From: a virus
Length of the DNA stretch: 64,000 nucleotides
UHGV virus genome: UHGV-0033546
Strand: one strand, 5' to 3'
Part shown: positions 1 to 9,707 of the stretch, piece after piece
How the letters are laid out: each line of letters begins with the position of its first letter
How positions within the stretch are numbered: position 1 is the first letter of the stretch
Program-made: the position numbers and the translations under genes
The notes under the pieces: model-generated
The model's database searches: none
Told to the model about the DNA's origin: nothing
Seen by the model: the letters and a program-made list of their open reading frames with translations, nothing else

Positions 1-2
1 TT

Positions 3-614
3 GTATGGCAAGACATCATGGGAGTTAACATGATGGACTATGATATGATGATAAATCAAGAACCATATCCAATGATTGTAGGTGAGCCAACTTTAATAGG
101 TCAATTCGTCCAAGAATTAAAATATCCATTAGCATATGATTTTGTTTGGTTGACTAAATCAAACCCGCATAAACGTGATCCAATGAAAAATGCTACTATC
201 TATGCTCATTCATTTTTAGATTCTTCATTACCAATGATTACTACAGGAAAGGGTGAAAACTCTATTGTAGTGTCAAGGTCAGGTGCTTATTCTGAAATGA
301 CTTATAGAAATGGATATGAAGAAGCTATTCGTCTTCAGACTATGGCGCAGTATGATGGTTACGCTAAATGTTCTACTGTCGGTAATTTTAACTTGACTCC
401 TGGCGTTAAAATTATTTTTAATGATAGTAAAAACCAATTTAAAACAGAATTTTACGTTGATGAAGTTATTCACGAATTATCAAATAATAATTCCGTAACT
501 CATCTTTATATGTTCACTAATGCAACGAAACTGGAAACAATCGACCCAGTTAAGGTTAAAAATGAATTTAAAACTGATACTACCACTGAAGAAAGTAGTT
601 CTTCCGATAAGTAA
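3..614 (+). CDS. 27: baseplate hub subunit gp27, C-terminal part (start lies outside window)
   Basis: ORF open to window edge, ends TAA 612-614, overlaps downstream gp28 start; assigned by synteny with 28-29-48-54. Confidence 0.6.
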   Translation, partial: VWQDIMGVNMMDYDMMINQEPYPMIVGEPTLIGQFVQELKYPLAYDFVWLTKSNPHKRDPMKNATIYAHSFLDSSLPMITTGKGENSIVVSRSGAYSEMTYRNGYEEAIRLQTMAQYDGYAKCSTVGNFNLTPGVKIIFNDSKNQFKTEFYVDEVIHELSNNNSVTHLYMFTNATKLETIDPVKVKNEFKTDTTTEESSSSDK

Positions 615-1095
615 TAAAGAAGTTTCTATTCCTAAGATGGGTCTTAAACATTATAACATTTTAAAAGATGTTAAAGGTCCTGATGAAAATTTAAAGCTTC
701 TTATTGATTCTATTTGTCCGAATTTATCACCGGCAGAAGTTGATTTCGTTTCTATTCATTTATTGGAATTTAATGGAAAGATTAAATCTCGTAAAGAAAT
801 AGATGGTTATACTTATGACATTAATGATGTTTATGTGTGCCAAAGATTAGAATTTCAATACCAAGGAAATACATTTTATTTTAGACCTCCTGGAAAATTT
901 GAACAATTTTTAACTGTAAGCGATATGTTATCCAAATGCTTGCTTAAGGTCAATGATGAAGTTAAAGAAATTAATTTTCTTGAGATGCCAGCATTCGTTT
1001 TAAAATGGGCAAATGATATTTCTACAACTTTAGCAATTCCTGGCCCTAATGGTCCAATAACCGGAATTGGCAATATTATTGGATTATTTGAATGA
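562..1095 (+). CDS. 28: baseplate hub distal subunit gp28
   Basis: ATG at 562 preceded by AAGG; 177 codons matches T4 gp28 length; stop overlaps gp29 start (ATGA). Confidence 0.7.
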   Translation: MNLKLILPLKKVVLPISNKEVSIPKMGLKHYNILKDVKGPDENLKLLIDSICPNLSPAEVDFVSIHLLEFNGKIKSRKEIDGYTYDINDVYVCQRLEFQYQGNTFYFRPPGKFEQFLTVSDMLSKCLLKVNDEVKEINFLEMPAFVLKWANDISTTLAIPGPNGPITGIGNIIGLFE

Positions 1096-2864
1096 AAAAG
1101 CCACAAGAAATGCAAACAATGCGTAGAAAAGTCATTTCAGATAATAAACCAACACAGGAAGCGGCTAAAACCGCTTCTAATACTTTATCTGGTCTTAATG
1201 ACATTTCTACAAAATTAGATGATGCTCAAGCTGCTTCTGAATTAATAGCTCAGACTGTTGAAGAAAAATCAAATGAAATAGTTGGAGCAATTGATAACGT
1301 TGAAAGCGCAGTAAGTGATACTACTGCCGGTTCTGAGTTAATTGCTGAAACTGTCGAAATTGGCAACAATATTAATAAAGAAATCGGTGAATCGCTCGGA
1401 AGTAAATTAGATAAATTGACAAGTTTACTGGAGCAAAAAATTCAGACAGCTGGAATTCAGCAGACTGGAACGAGTTTAGCAGTAGTCGAAAGCGCTATTC
1501 CTGTTAAGGTGGTTGAGGATAATACAGCTGAATTTGTTGGTCCTTTATTACCGGCTCCTGAAGCAGTTAATAACAACCCAGATGCTGATTTTTTCCCTAC
1601 TCCTCAGCCAGTTGAACCAAAACAAGAGTCTCCAGAAGAGAAGCAAAAAAGAGACGCATTTAACTTAAAAATATCTAATGCATTAGATAAATTAACAAAG
1701 ACAGTTGATTTTGGATTTAAGAAATCTATTTCAATTACTGATAAAATATCTAGCATGCTATTTAAGTATACCGTCAGTGCTGCTATTGAAGCTGCTAAAA
1801 TGGTTGCATTGATAATGGCTGTTGTTATTGGAATAGACCTGCTGATGGTTCATTTTAAATACTGGTCAGATAAATTTTCAAAAGCCTGGGATTTATTTAG
1901 CACTGATTTTAAAACTTTCTCAAGCGAAACAGGAACTTGGGGTCCTTTATTACAAAGCATCTTTGAATCTATTGATGAAATTAAAAAGTTCTGGGAAGCT
2001 GGAGATTGGGGCGGATTAACAGTAGCTATTGTTGAAGGGCTTGGAAGTGTTCTTTATAATTTAGGAGAGCTTATTCAATTAGGTATGGCTAAATTATCTG
2101 CAGCAATTCTTCGAGTCATTCCTGGCATGAAGGATACTGCTGATGAAGTAGAAGGAAGAGCATTAGAAAATTTCCAAAATTCTACTGGAGCATCTCTTAA
2201 TAAAGAAGACCGAGAAAAAGTAGCAAATTATCAAGATAAACGAATGAATGACGATCTTGGCCCAATAGCAAAAGGATTAGACAAAATTGCGAACTGGAAA
2301 ACTCGTGCATCTAACTGGATTCGTGGCGTTGATAATAAAGAAGCACTAACTACCGACGAAGAACGTGCAGCAGAAGAAGAAAAATTAAAGCAACTTTCAC
2401 CAGAAGAAAGAAAAAATGCTTTAATGAAGGCTAATGAAGCCCGTGCCGCGATGATTCGTTTTGAAAAATACGCTGATTCGGCTGATATGAGTAAAGACTC
2501 AACGGTTAAATCAGTTGAAGCTGCCTATGAAGACCTTAAAAAACGAATGGATGACCCGGATTTAAATAATTCACCGGCAGTTAAAAAAGAACTTGCTGCT
2601 AGATTTTCTAAAATTGATGCTACTTATCAAGAGCTCAAGAAAAATCAGCCTAATGCCAAACCTGAAACTTCTGCTAAATCACCGGAAGCAAAACAAGTCC
2701 AGGTAATAGAAAAGAACAAAGCACAGCAAGCTCCTGTTCAACAAGCATCTCCTTCGATCAATAATACTAATAATGTTATTAAGAAAAATACTGTCGTTCA
2801 TAATATGACACCCGTAACGAGCACGACTGCTCCTGGTGTATTTGATGCGACTGGAGTTAATTAA
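1092..2864 (+). CDS. 29: baseplate hub / tail-length determinator gp29
   Basis: 590-aa ORF, same length as T4 gp29; synteny. Confidence 0.85.
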   Translation: MKKPQEMQTMRRKVISDNKPTQEAAKTASNTLSGLNDISTKLDDAQAASELIAQTVEEKSNEIVGAIDNVESAVSDTTAGSELIAETVEIGNNINKEIGESLGSKLDKLTSLLEQKIQTAGIQQTGTSLAVVESAIPVKVVEDNTAEFVGPLLPAPEAVNNNPDADFFPTPQPVEPKQESPEEKQKRDAFNLKISNALDKLTKTVDFGFKKSISITDKISSMLFKYTVSAAIEAAKMVALIMAVVIGIDLLMVHFKYWSDKFSKAWDLFSTDFKTFSSETGTWGPLLQSIFESIDEIKKFWEAGDWGGLTVAIVEGLGSVLYNLGELIQLGMAKLSAAILRVIPGMKDTADEVEGRALENFQNSTGASLNKEDREKVANYQDKRMNDDLGPIAKGLDKIANWKTRASNWIRGVDNKEALTTDEERAAEEEKLKQLSPEERKNALMKANEARAAMIRFEKYADSADMSKDSTVKSVEAAYEDLKKRMDDPDLNNSPAVKKELAARFSKIDATYQELKKNQPNAKPETSAKSPEAKQVQVIEKNKAQQAPVQQASPSINNTNNVIKKNTVVHNMTPVTSTTAPGVFDATGVN

Positions 2865-2872
2865 GGAATAAT

Positions 2873-3967
2873 ATGGCAATTGTTAAAGAAATAACTGCTG
2901 ATTTAATTAAAAAGTCTGGTGAGAAAATTTCAGCCGGACAGAGTACTAAATCAGAAGTAGCAACTAAAACATACACTGCCCAGTTTCCAACTGGGCGTGC
3001 TAGTGGTAATGACACTACAGGGGACTTCCAGGTAACAGATCTATATAAGAATGGATTATTATTTACTGCATACAATATGTCATCTAGGGATTCTGGAAGT
3101 CTTAGAACGATGAGATCTAACTACTCTTCTTCATCTTCGAGTATTTTACGTACAGCTAGAAACACTATCAGTAATACAGTATCAAAACTATCAAATGGAT
3201 TAGTATCAGATAATAATTCAGGAACAATAAGTAAAGTTCCTGTTGCAAATATTCTTTTACCTAGATCTAAATCTGACGTCGATACGTCATCACATAGATT
3301 TAATGATGTTCAAGATAGTCTTATTACAAAAGGCGGAGGTACTGCTACTGGTGTGCTAAGCAATATGGCTTCAACCGCAGTATTTGGAGCATTGGAAAGT
3401 ATAACACAAGGTATAATGGCTGATAATAATGAACAGATTTATACTACAGCCAGAAGTATGTATGGCGGTGCTGAGAATAGAACTAAAGTGTTCACTTGGG
3501 ATTTGACTCCGCGTTCAACAGAAGATTTAATGGCTATTATTAATATCTATCAGTATTTTAATTATTTTTCTTATGGTGAAACGGGTAAATCTCAATATGC
3601 TGCTGAAATAAAAGGATACTTAGATGAGTGGTATCGTTCTACATTTATTGAACCATTAACTCCAGAAGATGCAGTTAAAAATAAGACGTTATTTGAGAAA
3701 ATGACATCGAGTTTAACGAACGTTCTAGTAGTTTCAAACCCGACAGTTTGGATGGTGAAAAACTTTGGTGCAACATCTAAGTTTGATGGAAAAACGGAAG
3801 TATTTGGCCCATGCCAAATACAGAGTATCAGATTTGATAAAACACCAAATGGTAATTTTAATGGATTAGCTATTGCTCCAAATCTTCCTAGTACATTTAC
3901 CCTTGAGATTACTATGAGAGAAATTATTACGTTAAACCGTGCTTCTTTATATGCGGGGGCTTTCTAA
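2873..3967 (+). CDS. 48: baseplate tail-tube junction protein gp48
   Basis: 364-aa ORF, same length as T4 gp48; synteny. Confidence 0.85.
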   Translation: MAIVKEITADLIKKSGEKISAGQSTKSEVATKTYTAQFPTGRASGNDTTGDFQVTDLYKNGLLFTAYNMSSRDSGSLRTMRSNYSSSSSSILRTARNTISNTVSKLSNGLVSDNNSGTISKVPVANILLPRSKSDVDTSSHRFNDVQDSLITKGGGTATGVLSNMASTAVFGALESITQGIMADNNEQIYTTARSMYGGAENRTKVFTWDLTPRSTEDLMAIINIYQYFNYFSYGETGKSQYAAEIKGYLDEWYRSTFIEPLTPEDAVKNKTLFEKMTSSLTNVLVVSNPTVWMVKNFGATSKFDGKTEVFGPCQIQSIRFDKTPNGNFNGLAIAPNLPSTFTLEITMREIITLNRASLYAGAF

Positions 3968-4932
3968 TGTATTCTTTAGAGGAATTTAATAACCAAGCAA
4001 TAAACGCAGACTTCCAACGCAATAATATGTTTAGTTGCGTTTTTGCGACAACTCCATCAACTAAAAGCTCTTCGTTGATAAGTTCAATTAGCAACTTTTC
4101 TTATAATAACTTGGGCCTAAATTCAGATTGGTTAGGACTAACTCAAGGCGATATTAATCAGGGAATTACCACGTTAATTACTGCTGGCACACAAAAACTG
4201 ATAAGAAAATCAGGGGTTAGTAAATATCTTATTGGTGCTATGAGTCAACGTACAGTTCAAAGTTTATTAGGCTCATTTACAGTTGGTACATATTTAATTG
4301 ACTTCTTTAACATGGCGTATAACTCATCTGGTTTGATGATATATTCTGTAAAAATGCCAGAGAATAGATTATCCTATGAAACTGACTGGAACTATAACTC
4401 TCCTAATATTCGTATAACTGGAAGAGAATTAGACCCTTTGGTTATTTCATTCAGAATGGATTCAGAAGCATGTAACTATCGTGCAATGCAAGACTGGGTT
4501 AACTCCGTTCAAGACCCAGTAACTGGACTGCGTGCTTTGCCGCAAGATGTCGAGGCAGATATTCAGGTTAATCTTCATTCTCGCAATGGATTACCACATA
4601 CTGCGGTGATGTTCACTGGATGCATTCCAATATCAGTGAGCGCTCCTGAGTTATCATATGACGGAGATAACCAAATAACTACATTTGATGTTACTTTTGC
4701 GTATAGAGTCATGCAGGCTGGAGCAGTTGATAGACAAGCTGCCCTTGAATGGCTTGAATCTGCTACTATAAATGGTATTCAAAGCGTTCTCGGAAATAGT
4801 GGAGGTGTTACTGGACTATCTAATTCGCTTTCACGACTTAGTAGATTAGGGGGAACTGCAGGAAGCATTTCAAATATTAATACTATGACAGGAATTGTCA
4901 ATTCGCAAAGTAAAATATTAGGAGCAATATAA
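3967..4932 (+). CDS. 54: baseplate tail-tube initiator gp54
   Basis: 321-aa ORF (T4 gp54 about 320 aa); start overlaps gp48 stop (TAATG). Confidence 0.85.
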   Translation: MYSLEEFNNQAINADFQRNNMFSCVFATTPSTKSSSLISSISNFSYNNLGLNSDWLGLTQGDINQGITTLITAGTQKLIRKSGVSKYLIGAMSQRTVQSLLGSFTVGTYLIDFFNMAYNSSGLMIYSVKMPENRLSYETDWNYNSPNIRITGRELDPLVISFRMDSEACNYRAMQDWVNSVQDPVTGLRALPQDVEADIQVNLHSRNGLPHTAVMFTGCIPISVSAPELSYDGDNQITTFDVTFAYRVMQAGAVDRQAALEWLESATINGIQSVLGNSGGVTGLSNSLSRLSRLGGTAGSISNINTMTGIVNSQSKILGAI

Positions 4933-4936
4933 CAAT

Positions 4937-4966
4937 GGGGACCTTTCGGTCCCCATATTTTTATTT
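4937..4966 (+). terminator. rho-independent terminator after gene 54
   Basis: hairpin GGGGACC-TTTC-GGTCCCC at 4937-4954 followed by ATATTTTTATTT. Confidence 0.55.
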
Positions 4967-5251
4967 ACGGAATGAAATAAAAGCAGCAACTGAAGCAACT
5001 AAACTGTCTTCAATATAAACTTCAATTTTTACCGGAGCTTCTGACTCAAATTTACCTGTTACTACACCTTGGAAAATGCTTTCAGTCTGTTCTGGCTTTG
5101 AAAAATTTTCAGAAGGAAAAATTCCGAACTTTTTATCTGTTCCAAAAATTTTGATAAATTCATCATAAACTGCTTCATTGAAAGCGTTATCAGCGGGAAT
5201 AACGCCCTCAACGACGAGTTCTTGACCTAAAAAGCGCAAAGAAGATTTCAT
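4961..5251 (-). CDS. hypothetical early protein (96 aa)
   Basis: ATG at 5251, GAGGAA RBS, early-type promoter immediately upstream. Confidence 0.5.
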   Translation of the reverse strand: MKSSLRFLGQELVVEGVIPADNAFNEAVYDEFIKIFGTDKKFGIFPSENFSKPEQTESIFQGVVTGKFESEAPVKIEVYIEDSLVASVAAFISFRK

Positions 5252-5282
5252 TTTGTGTTCCTCATATTATGTCAGTAAGACT

Positions 5283-5312
5283 ATTATAACACAACACGAG
5301 GGACTTGTAAAC
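5283..5312 (-). promoter_or_regulatory. T4-type early promoter (GTTTAC -35, 18 bp, TATAAT -10)
   Basis: - strand GTTTAC at 5312-5307 and TATAAT at 5288-5283; module near-identical to the one upstream of alc. Confidence 0.5.
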
Positions 5313-7369
5313 TACATCTTGAACTTTTTAGACATTCCGTTGATGTTAACCAAAGAAGCCAATATTTGAGAAACTTCGTTTTCCTCTTCTTTTGATTCTT
5401 CTACAAGGAATTGATTAAACCCAGCCATTGGACGAACTTCACCAGTTTCCATTAGATGATCGCCATCATATACTGATTCTTCTAATTGTTCAGAAGGAGG
5501 AACGATTGTGCCTTCGATTAGATACTTATTATAAGCAGTTTCTTTCGTCATGTACGTACTTACTTTATTAATCTTCAGTAAAATTCCACGTGGCAAAATA
5601 ACTTCAGCTTCGGATGGAAATCCTGATAAATGACCTGGAACGATAACTTTAACTCGTTCAGCTCCTTTAATTACCATACCTACATTAGTTTCAGCGTCTT
5701 CATTCGCATATGTAGAATGACTACCCATATGCATTAAATCTTCGGCATCAACTGAACCTTCTCCTTCGCCAGAAAATACTGCTCCGGAATCATCTAAGGC
5801 CATATAATTTTTACCATACTCACCAAAGATATTTGGTTTAAGTGATGTCGATACGAAGTTCTTGAAATAGAACATTTTATTTTCAATGTTATGACGCAAA
5901 GTTTTAAAGGTAACTTCTTGCCCGCGATAAAGAGTAGTTCCTGGAGGAAGAACTGAACCTTTAGTAAATGCAGAATCTAACGCTTCGATGTTCTTAATAG
6001 CACGTTCCATATATTCTTCACGGGTGGAATCTGGTTTACCTAAAAGGAACGAGTTCATTTCAACATATGAATCTGCACAATACTCTTCAATTACATCAGA
6101 CTCAGCCTGAGTTAATCCTTTTGGAGTTACTTCAGTGCTTGCATATTCATACGCCTGAGCAGCGGATTCATCAATCAATTTATAAATTCCATTCATTACA
6201 AATTGAATAATAGCTGTCTTTTCATCTGGTGTAGCTTTAGAACCTTTAACTAAATCATTGATAATTTTCTTAATAACATCAAAGCTATTAGAAATATTAA
6301 TATCAGCAAGATCGCTTAAAATTTTATCAGCTTTATAATTAAAAAATTCTTTATTCTTTGAATATTCCTGAGAACCTTGATATGATATATCGCTCTGCAA
6401 CTTGATAGATGGATCACGTAAACGTGCATGAGCCAATGCAATATGATTTCTGAAGCTTTCTAATTCATAATCGCTAGATTTAAAACGAGAAGCACTTCTC
6501 ATACCACCGATAGCTCCTTTGCTGAAGTTTGAACCAACTTGAATAACACCAGAGTTCATCGGTCCTTCTGCTTTATATACCGGAACTTTAGATTCAAACT
6601 CTTGATATTTCTTGGCAGCGAAGCTATCACCCTGAAGTGAAGCATCAACAGTAGAATATTGAGCTTGTGCTGCTAATCGACGACTAATTTTAGTTTTTTG
6701 AATAACAGCTTGATCCGTACGCTTATCATTTTCTAAAGCAATAGAAGCAGCAACAGCAACAGCTTTAGGAACAGCATTGCCTGTTTTAACGTCTACATAA
6801 ACATCACCGACCTTTGATTCAACTTTTGTGAATAGCTCTGTTGAAATAGGAGGTACACCTGGAATGTCTTCTAAGTTAGCATTTTTACGGTAAACCATAA
6901 TATATGCATACTTTTTATCATAATCCCAGATTTCCTTTAAAAGAACGTATCGACCTGCTCCTTTAGTACGTACTAAACGGTCAGCAATAACTTGCAATTG
7001 ACGAGCTGCGCCATTTGTTTTACTCTTTAGTACGCGGAATAAGCATGCATCAATTTTATACTGTTTCATTGTTTGAAGAGCAGTATCAAAAACCGCATTA
7101 ATGACACCAATTGGATTTCCACCTAAGTTTTTAAGTTTAACTAATGATAGTTTCTCATTAACACCTATCATTACGACATGCATCATTTTATCGCCTGGCT
7201 TAACGTTTTTATTTGTATCACCACCAGAGGTGTATGTACAAAATCTAAATCCAGGAAGCACGCTTTCTTCACCGGCTTGAATAGCAAAAATTTGAGGTAT
7301 TTTATGCTTAGGATTTAAGTTAACAACCGGCGCCGAAGCGCCGTCAAATAATTCTGTAATAAGTTCCAT
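5312..7369 (-). CDS. Alt-like ADP-ribosyltransferase paralog (internal head protein family)
   Basis: 685-aa ORF; N-terminal ~250 aa closely parallel the upstream Alt (MELITELFD..., CTYTSGGDTN, KIDAC, GRYVLLKE, DYDKKYAYI), C-terminal half diverged; AAGGAT RBS. Confidence 0.75.
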   Translation of the reverse strand: MELITELFDGASAPVVNLNPKHKIPQIFAIQAGEESVLPGFRFCTYTSGGDTNKNVKPGDKMMHVVMIGVNEKLSLVKLKNLGGNPIGVINAVFDTALQTMKQYKIDACLFRVLKSKTNGAARQLQVIADRLVRTKGAGRYVLLKEIWDYDKKYAYIMVYRKNANLEDIPGVPPISTELFTKVESKVGDVYVDVKTGNAVPKAVAVAASIALENDKRTDQAVIQKTKISRRLAAQAQYSTVDASLQGDSFAAKKYQEFESKVPVYKAEGPMNSGVIQVGSNFSKGAIGGMRSASRFKSSDYELESFRNHIALAHARLRDPSIKLQSDISYQGSQEYSKNKEFFNYKADKILSDLADINISNSFDVIKKIINDLVKGSKATPDEKTAIIQFVMNGIYKLIDESAAQAYEYASTEVTPKGLTQAESDVIEEYCADSYVEMNSFLLGKPDSTREEYMERAIKNIEALDSAFTKGSVLPPGTTLYRGQEVTFKTLRHNIENKMFYFKNFVSTSLKPNIFGEYGKNYMALDDSGAVFSGEGEGSVDAEDLMHMGSHSTYANEDAETNVGMVIKGAERVKVIVPGHLSGFPSEAEVILPRGILLKINKVSTYMTKETAYNKYLIEGTIVPPSEQLEESVYDGDHLMETGEVRPMAGFNQFLVEESKEEENEVSQILASLVNINGMSKKFKM

Positions 7370-7372
7370 GAT

Positions 7373-9466
7373 TTATCCTTGAACGAACTTGTAAGGCATG
7401 TTTGTAATATCTATGCAAGACGCAATAATTCCAAGAGATGATTCTACTTTTTGTTTAACATTTGATGAAACAAATGATGCAAAGTCAACTCTGTTTTCTG
7501 TTTCAATATCACCTGTCATTGCAACTACTTCGCCGGTTTCCATTAAACGGTCTCCGTCATAGATTACCGATTCGGTGAGTTCTTCCGTAGTCATAACTTC
7601 AGCTTGAATGAGTTTTGTATTATTAGATGTTGTTCCGTCATTATTAGAAGCATCAGTTATTTTATTAACTTTGACCATCAATCCGCGCGGTAGAATAACT
7701 TCAGCTTCTGTTGCTATTCCGAGACTTCCTGGATATACAACATTAACTTTATGAGCTCCATCAATTGCCCATCCTATTTGAACTTTAACGTATTCAGGAT
7801 TTTCTTTATACGCTCTTATTTCATTTGGATTAATAGTTATTCCTTCTTCATTTTTATCAACTGTTAATTCATTACGAGCTTCTGGTTCTAAAAGACCAAT
7901 ACCAGCATGTGTAATTCCAAAACGTCCAAAAATGATAGGAGTTAAAGAAGTAGATACAAAATTTCTGAAATAGAACACTTTATTTTTAACTAGTGCTTCG
8001 TATATAGGAGCAGTCATACTTTGAGCACGATAAACTGTGATGCCTTCCGGTATACGGTCACCATTTTCAAAAGCTGAATCTAAGTTATTTATAGCAGATT
8101 CAATTTCTTTTTCACTCATTACATCATATCGTTCTGGATTGTAACGACCTAAAAGAAGATTATTGATGTCAGTATATCCTGAACCGCAATATTCTCTAAT
8201 GCCACGCTTTTGTAATGGAGTATATTTAGAACCATCGCGGGCAATAGTAATATCAATCATTGAACCAGCACCAATTCCAGAAAAACTGTAAATCATTCGT
8301 TTGAGGAATTTAGTTTTTGCTGCGTTCCAGGAATTTTTAGTTATTTCTTCCCAGACTTCATCTGGTTGTCCTTTACGGGTTTTATTATGACTAGCAAGCC
8401 ATTTATCTTTATAATCTTCAAAGAATTTATTAACAGCTGCTGCGTATTTCTCTAAACATTTTATTGAAGTAGTTGGTTCATTTTTAATCGCGTTAAAAAT
8501 TACATCTTTAATTTTTTCTGAAACTTCACCGACTTGACTCATTGGAAAGAATTTATAGTCATAGTGAAGTTCATCTGCAGTTCCTTCAGCAATAATTTTT
8601 GCTGCCTTAGTTTTAGAAGCCAATGAATTAATTCCAAGTTTCATTTCTTCTGCTTCGGGAATTAAAGGAGCGGTGGCAGGTTTATTGAAATTAGCTGCGG
8701 TAGATTCATACTTCTGGAATAATTCACTTTCAAATCTAGAAGATTCTAATGATTGACTTTGCGCAATTGCTCTACGGGAAATTTTAACTTTAACGATTAC
8801 AGCTTGGTCAGAACGTTTATCGTTTTCTTGCGCAATAGATGCTGCAATTGCCTCATTTTTAGTTACTTGAGCTCCGGTATCTTTATTGATATAAACATCA
8901 CCGACCTTCGATTCAACTTTAGTAAAGAGCTCGGTACTAATTTCCGGAACTCCTGGAATGTCTTCTAGTGATACATTTTTGCGATGTATAAGAATATATG
9001 CATACTTTTTATCGTAATCCCAGAGTTCCTTAAGAAGGACGTATCTGCCACCTGAGCGACTACGGATAAGTCTATCAGCAATAAGTTGAATTTGTCGAGC
9101 TTGGCCAGCGGTTTTAGACTTAAGAATACGGAGCATGCAGGCATCAATTTTATATTGACGCATTGTTTGCATTGCAACAGTAAAAACTGAATTGATATAA
9201 TTAATTGGGCTTGGACCAAGACCTTTTAGTTTAGCAATTGAACCTTTAGCAGTTAATGTAAAAGGAACAATATGCATCATTTTATCGCCCATTTTTAAAT
9301 CACGGTTAGTATCACCTCCGGATGTATAGGTACATAAACGAAAGCCTGGTTGTTCAATTGCATCATCAACATGAACTGAAAAAATTTGCGGTATTTTCTT
9401 CTTTGGATTTAAGTTTGTAATCGGAAGAGTAGTATCTTCGTCAAATAATTCTGTAATAAGTTCCAT
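7373..9466 (-). CDS. alt: Alt ADP-ribosyltransferase (packaged internal protein)
   Basis: 697/698-aa ORF starting MELITELFDEDTTLPITNL as recalled for T4 Alt; late promoter upstream; tandem ATG, second has better RBS spacing. Confidence 0.85.
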   Translation of the reverse strand: MELITELFDEDTTLPITNLNPKKKIPQIFSVHVDDAIEQPGFRLCTYTSGGDTNRDLKMGDKMMHIVPFTLTAKGSIAKLKGLGPSPINYINSVFTVAMQTMRQYKIDACMLRILKSKTAGQARQIQLIADRLIRSRSGGRYVLLKELWDYDKKYAYILIHRKNVSLEDIPGVPEISTELFTKVESKVGDVYINKDTGAQVTKNEAIAASIAQENDKRSDQAVIVKVKISRRAIAQSQSLESSRFESELFQKYESTAANFNKPATAPLIPEAEEMKLGINSLASKTKAAKIIAEGTADELHYDYKFFPMSQVGEVSEKIKDVIFNAIKNEPTTSIKCLEKYAAAVNKFFEDYKDKWLASHNKTRKGQPDEVWEEITKNSWNAAKTKFLKRMIYSFSGIGAGSMIDITIARDGSKYTPLQKRGIREYCGSGYTDINNLLLGRYNPERYDVMSEKEIESAINNLDSAFENGDRIPEGITVYRAQSMTAPIYEALVKNKVFYFRNFVSTSLTPIIFGRFGITHAGIGLLEPEARNELTVDKNEEGITINPNEIRAYKENPEYVKVQIGWAIDGAHKVNVVYPGSLGIATEAEVILPRGLMVKVNKITDASNNDGTTSNNTKLIQAEVMTTEELTESVIYDGDRLMETGEVVAMTGDIETENRVDFASFVSSNVKQKVESSLGIIASCIDITNMPYKFVQG

Positions 9467-9489
9467 CATATCCTCTCTAGTGTTTATTC

Positions 9490-9497
9490 TATTTATA
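9490..9497 (-). promoter_or_regulatory. late promoter TATAAATA upstream of alt
   Basis: + strand tatttata at 9490-9497 = TATAAATA on - strand, about 25 nt upstream of alt ATG. Confidence 0.5.
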
Positions 9498-9502
9498 AAA
9501 TT

Positions 9503-9520
9503 AAAGGCCCGAAGGCCTTT
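9503..9520 (-). terminator. stem-loop / probable terminator
   Basis: AAAGGCC-CGAA-GGCCTTT hairpin followed on - strand by AATTTTATAAAT. Confidence 0.45.
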
Positions 9521-9707
9521 AATAATCTAATGGTAAGAGAGTACGGTATATTTCAAACTTTGGACCTTTTTCATAGGCATCAAATGTTTCTGTAAATTTA
9601 TTATAAGCGTATGCATCTACAAATTCAAGCATGATTTGTGATACAGAAGTAGAAACATCTCCGCCTTCTTTTTGAGCTACAACAATTGTTTCTAAGTAAG
9701 CTTTCAT
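9519..9707 (-). CDS. hypothetical protein (62 aa) downstream of ligase
   Basis: ATG overlaps ligase stop (ATGA), implying translational coupling. Confidence 0.5.
   Translation of the reverse strand: MKAYLETIVVAQKEGGDVSTSVSQIMLEFVDAYAYNKFTETFDAYEKGPKFEIYRTLLPLDY

Noticed and set aside
279-473. Antisense ORFs from the six-frame track lying inside well-supported genes (e.g. 279-473, 876-1115, 8753-9219, 35858-36161, 41360-41590, 44014-44284, 48812-49373, 52873-53479, 56527-57648)
   Set aside because: Each lies wholly within and opposite to a long conserved gene; they have no RBS and low-complexity translations, as expected from AT-rich sequence and from repeats in genes 34 and 38
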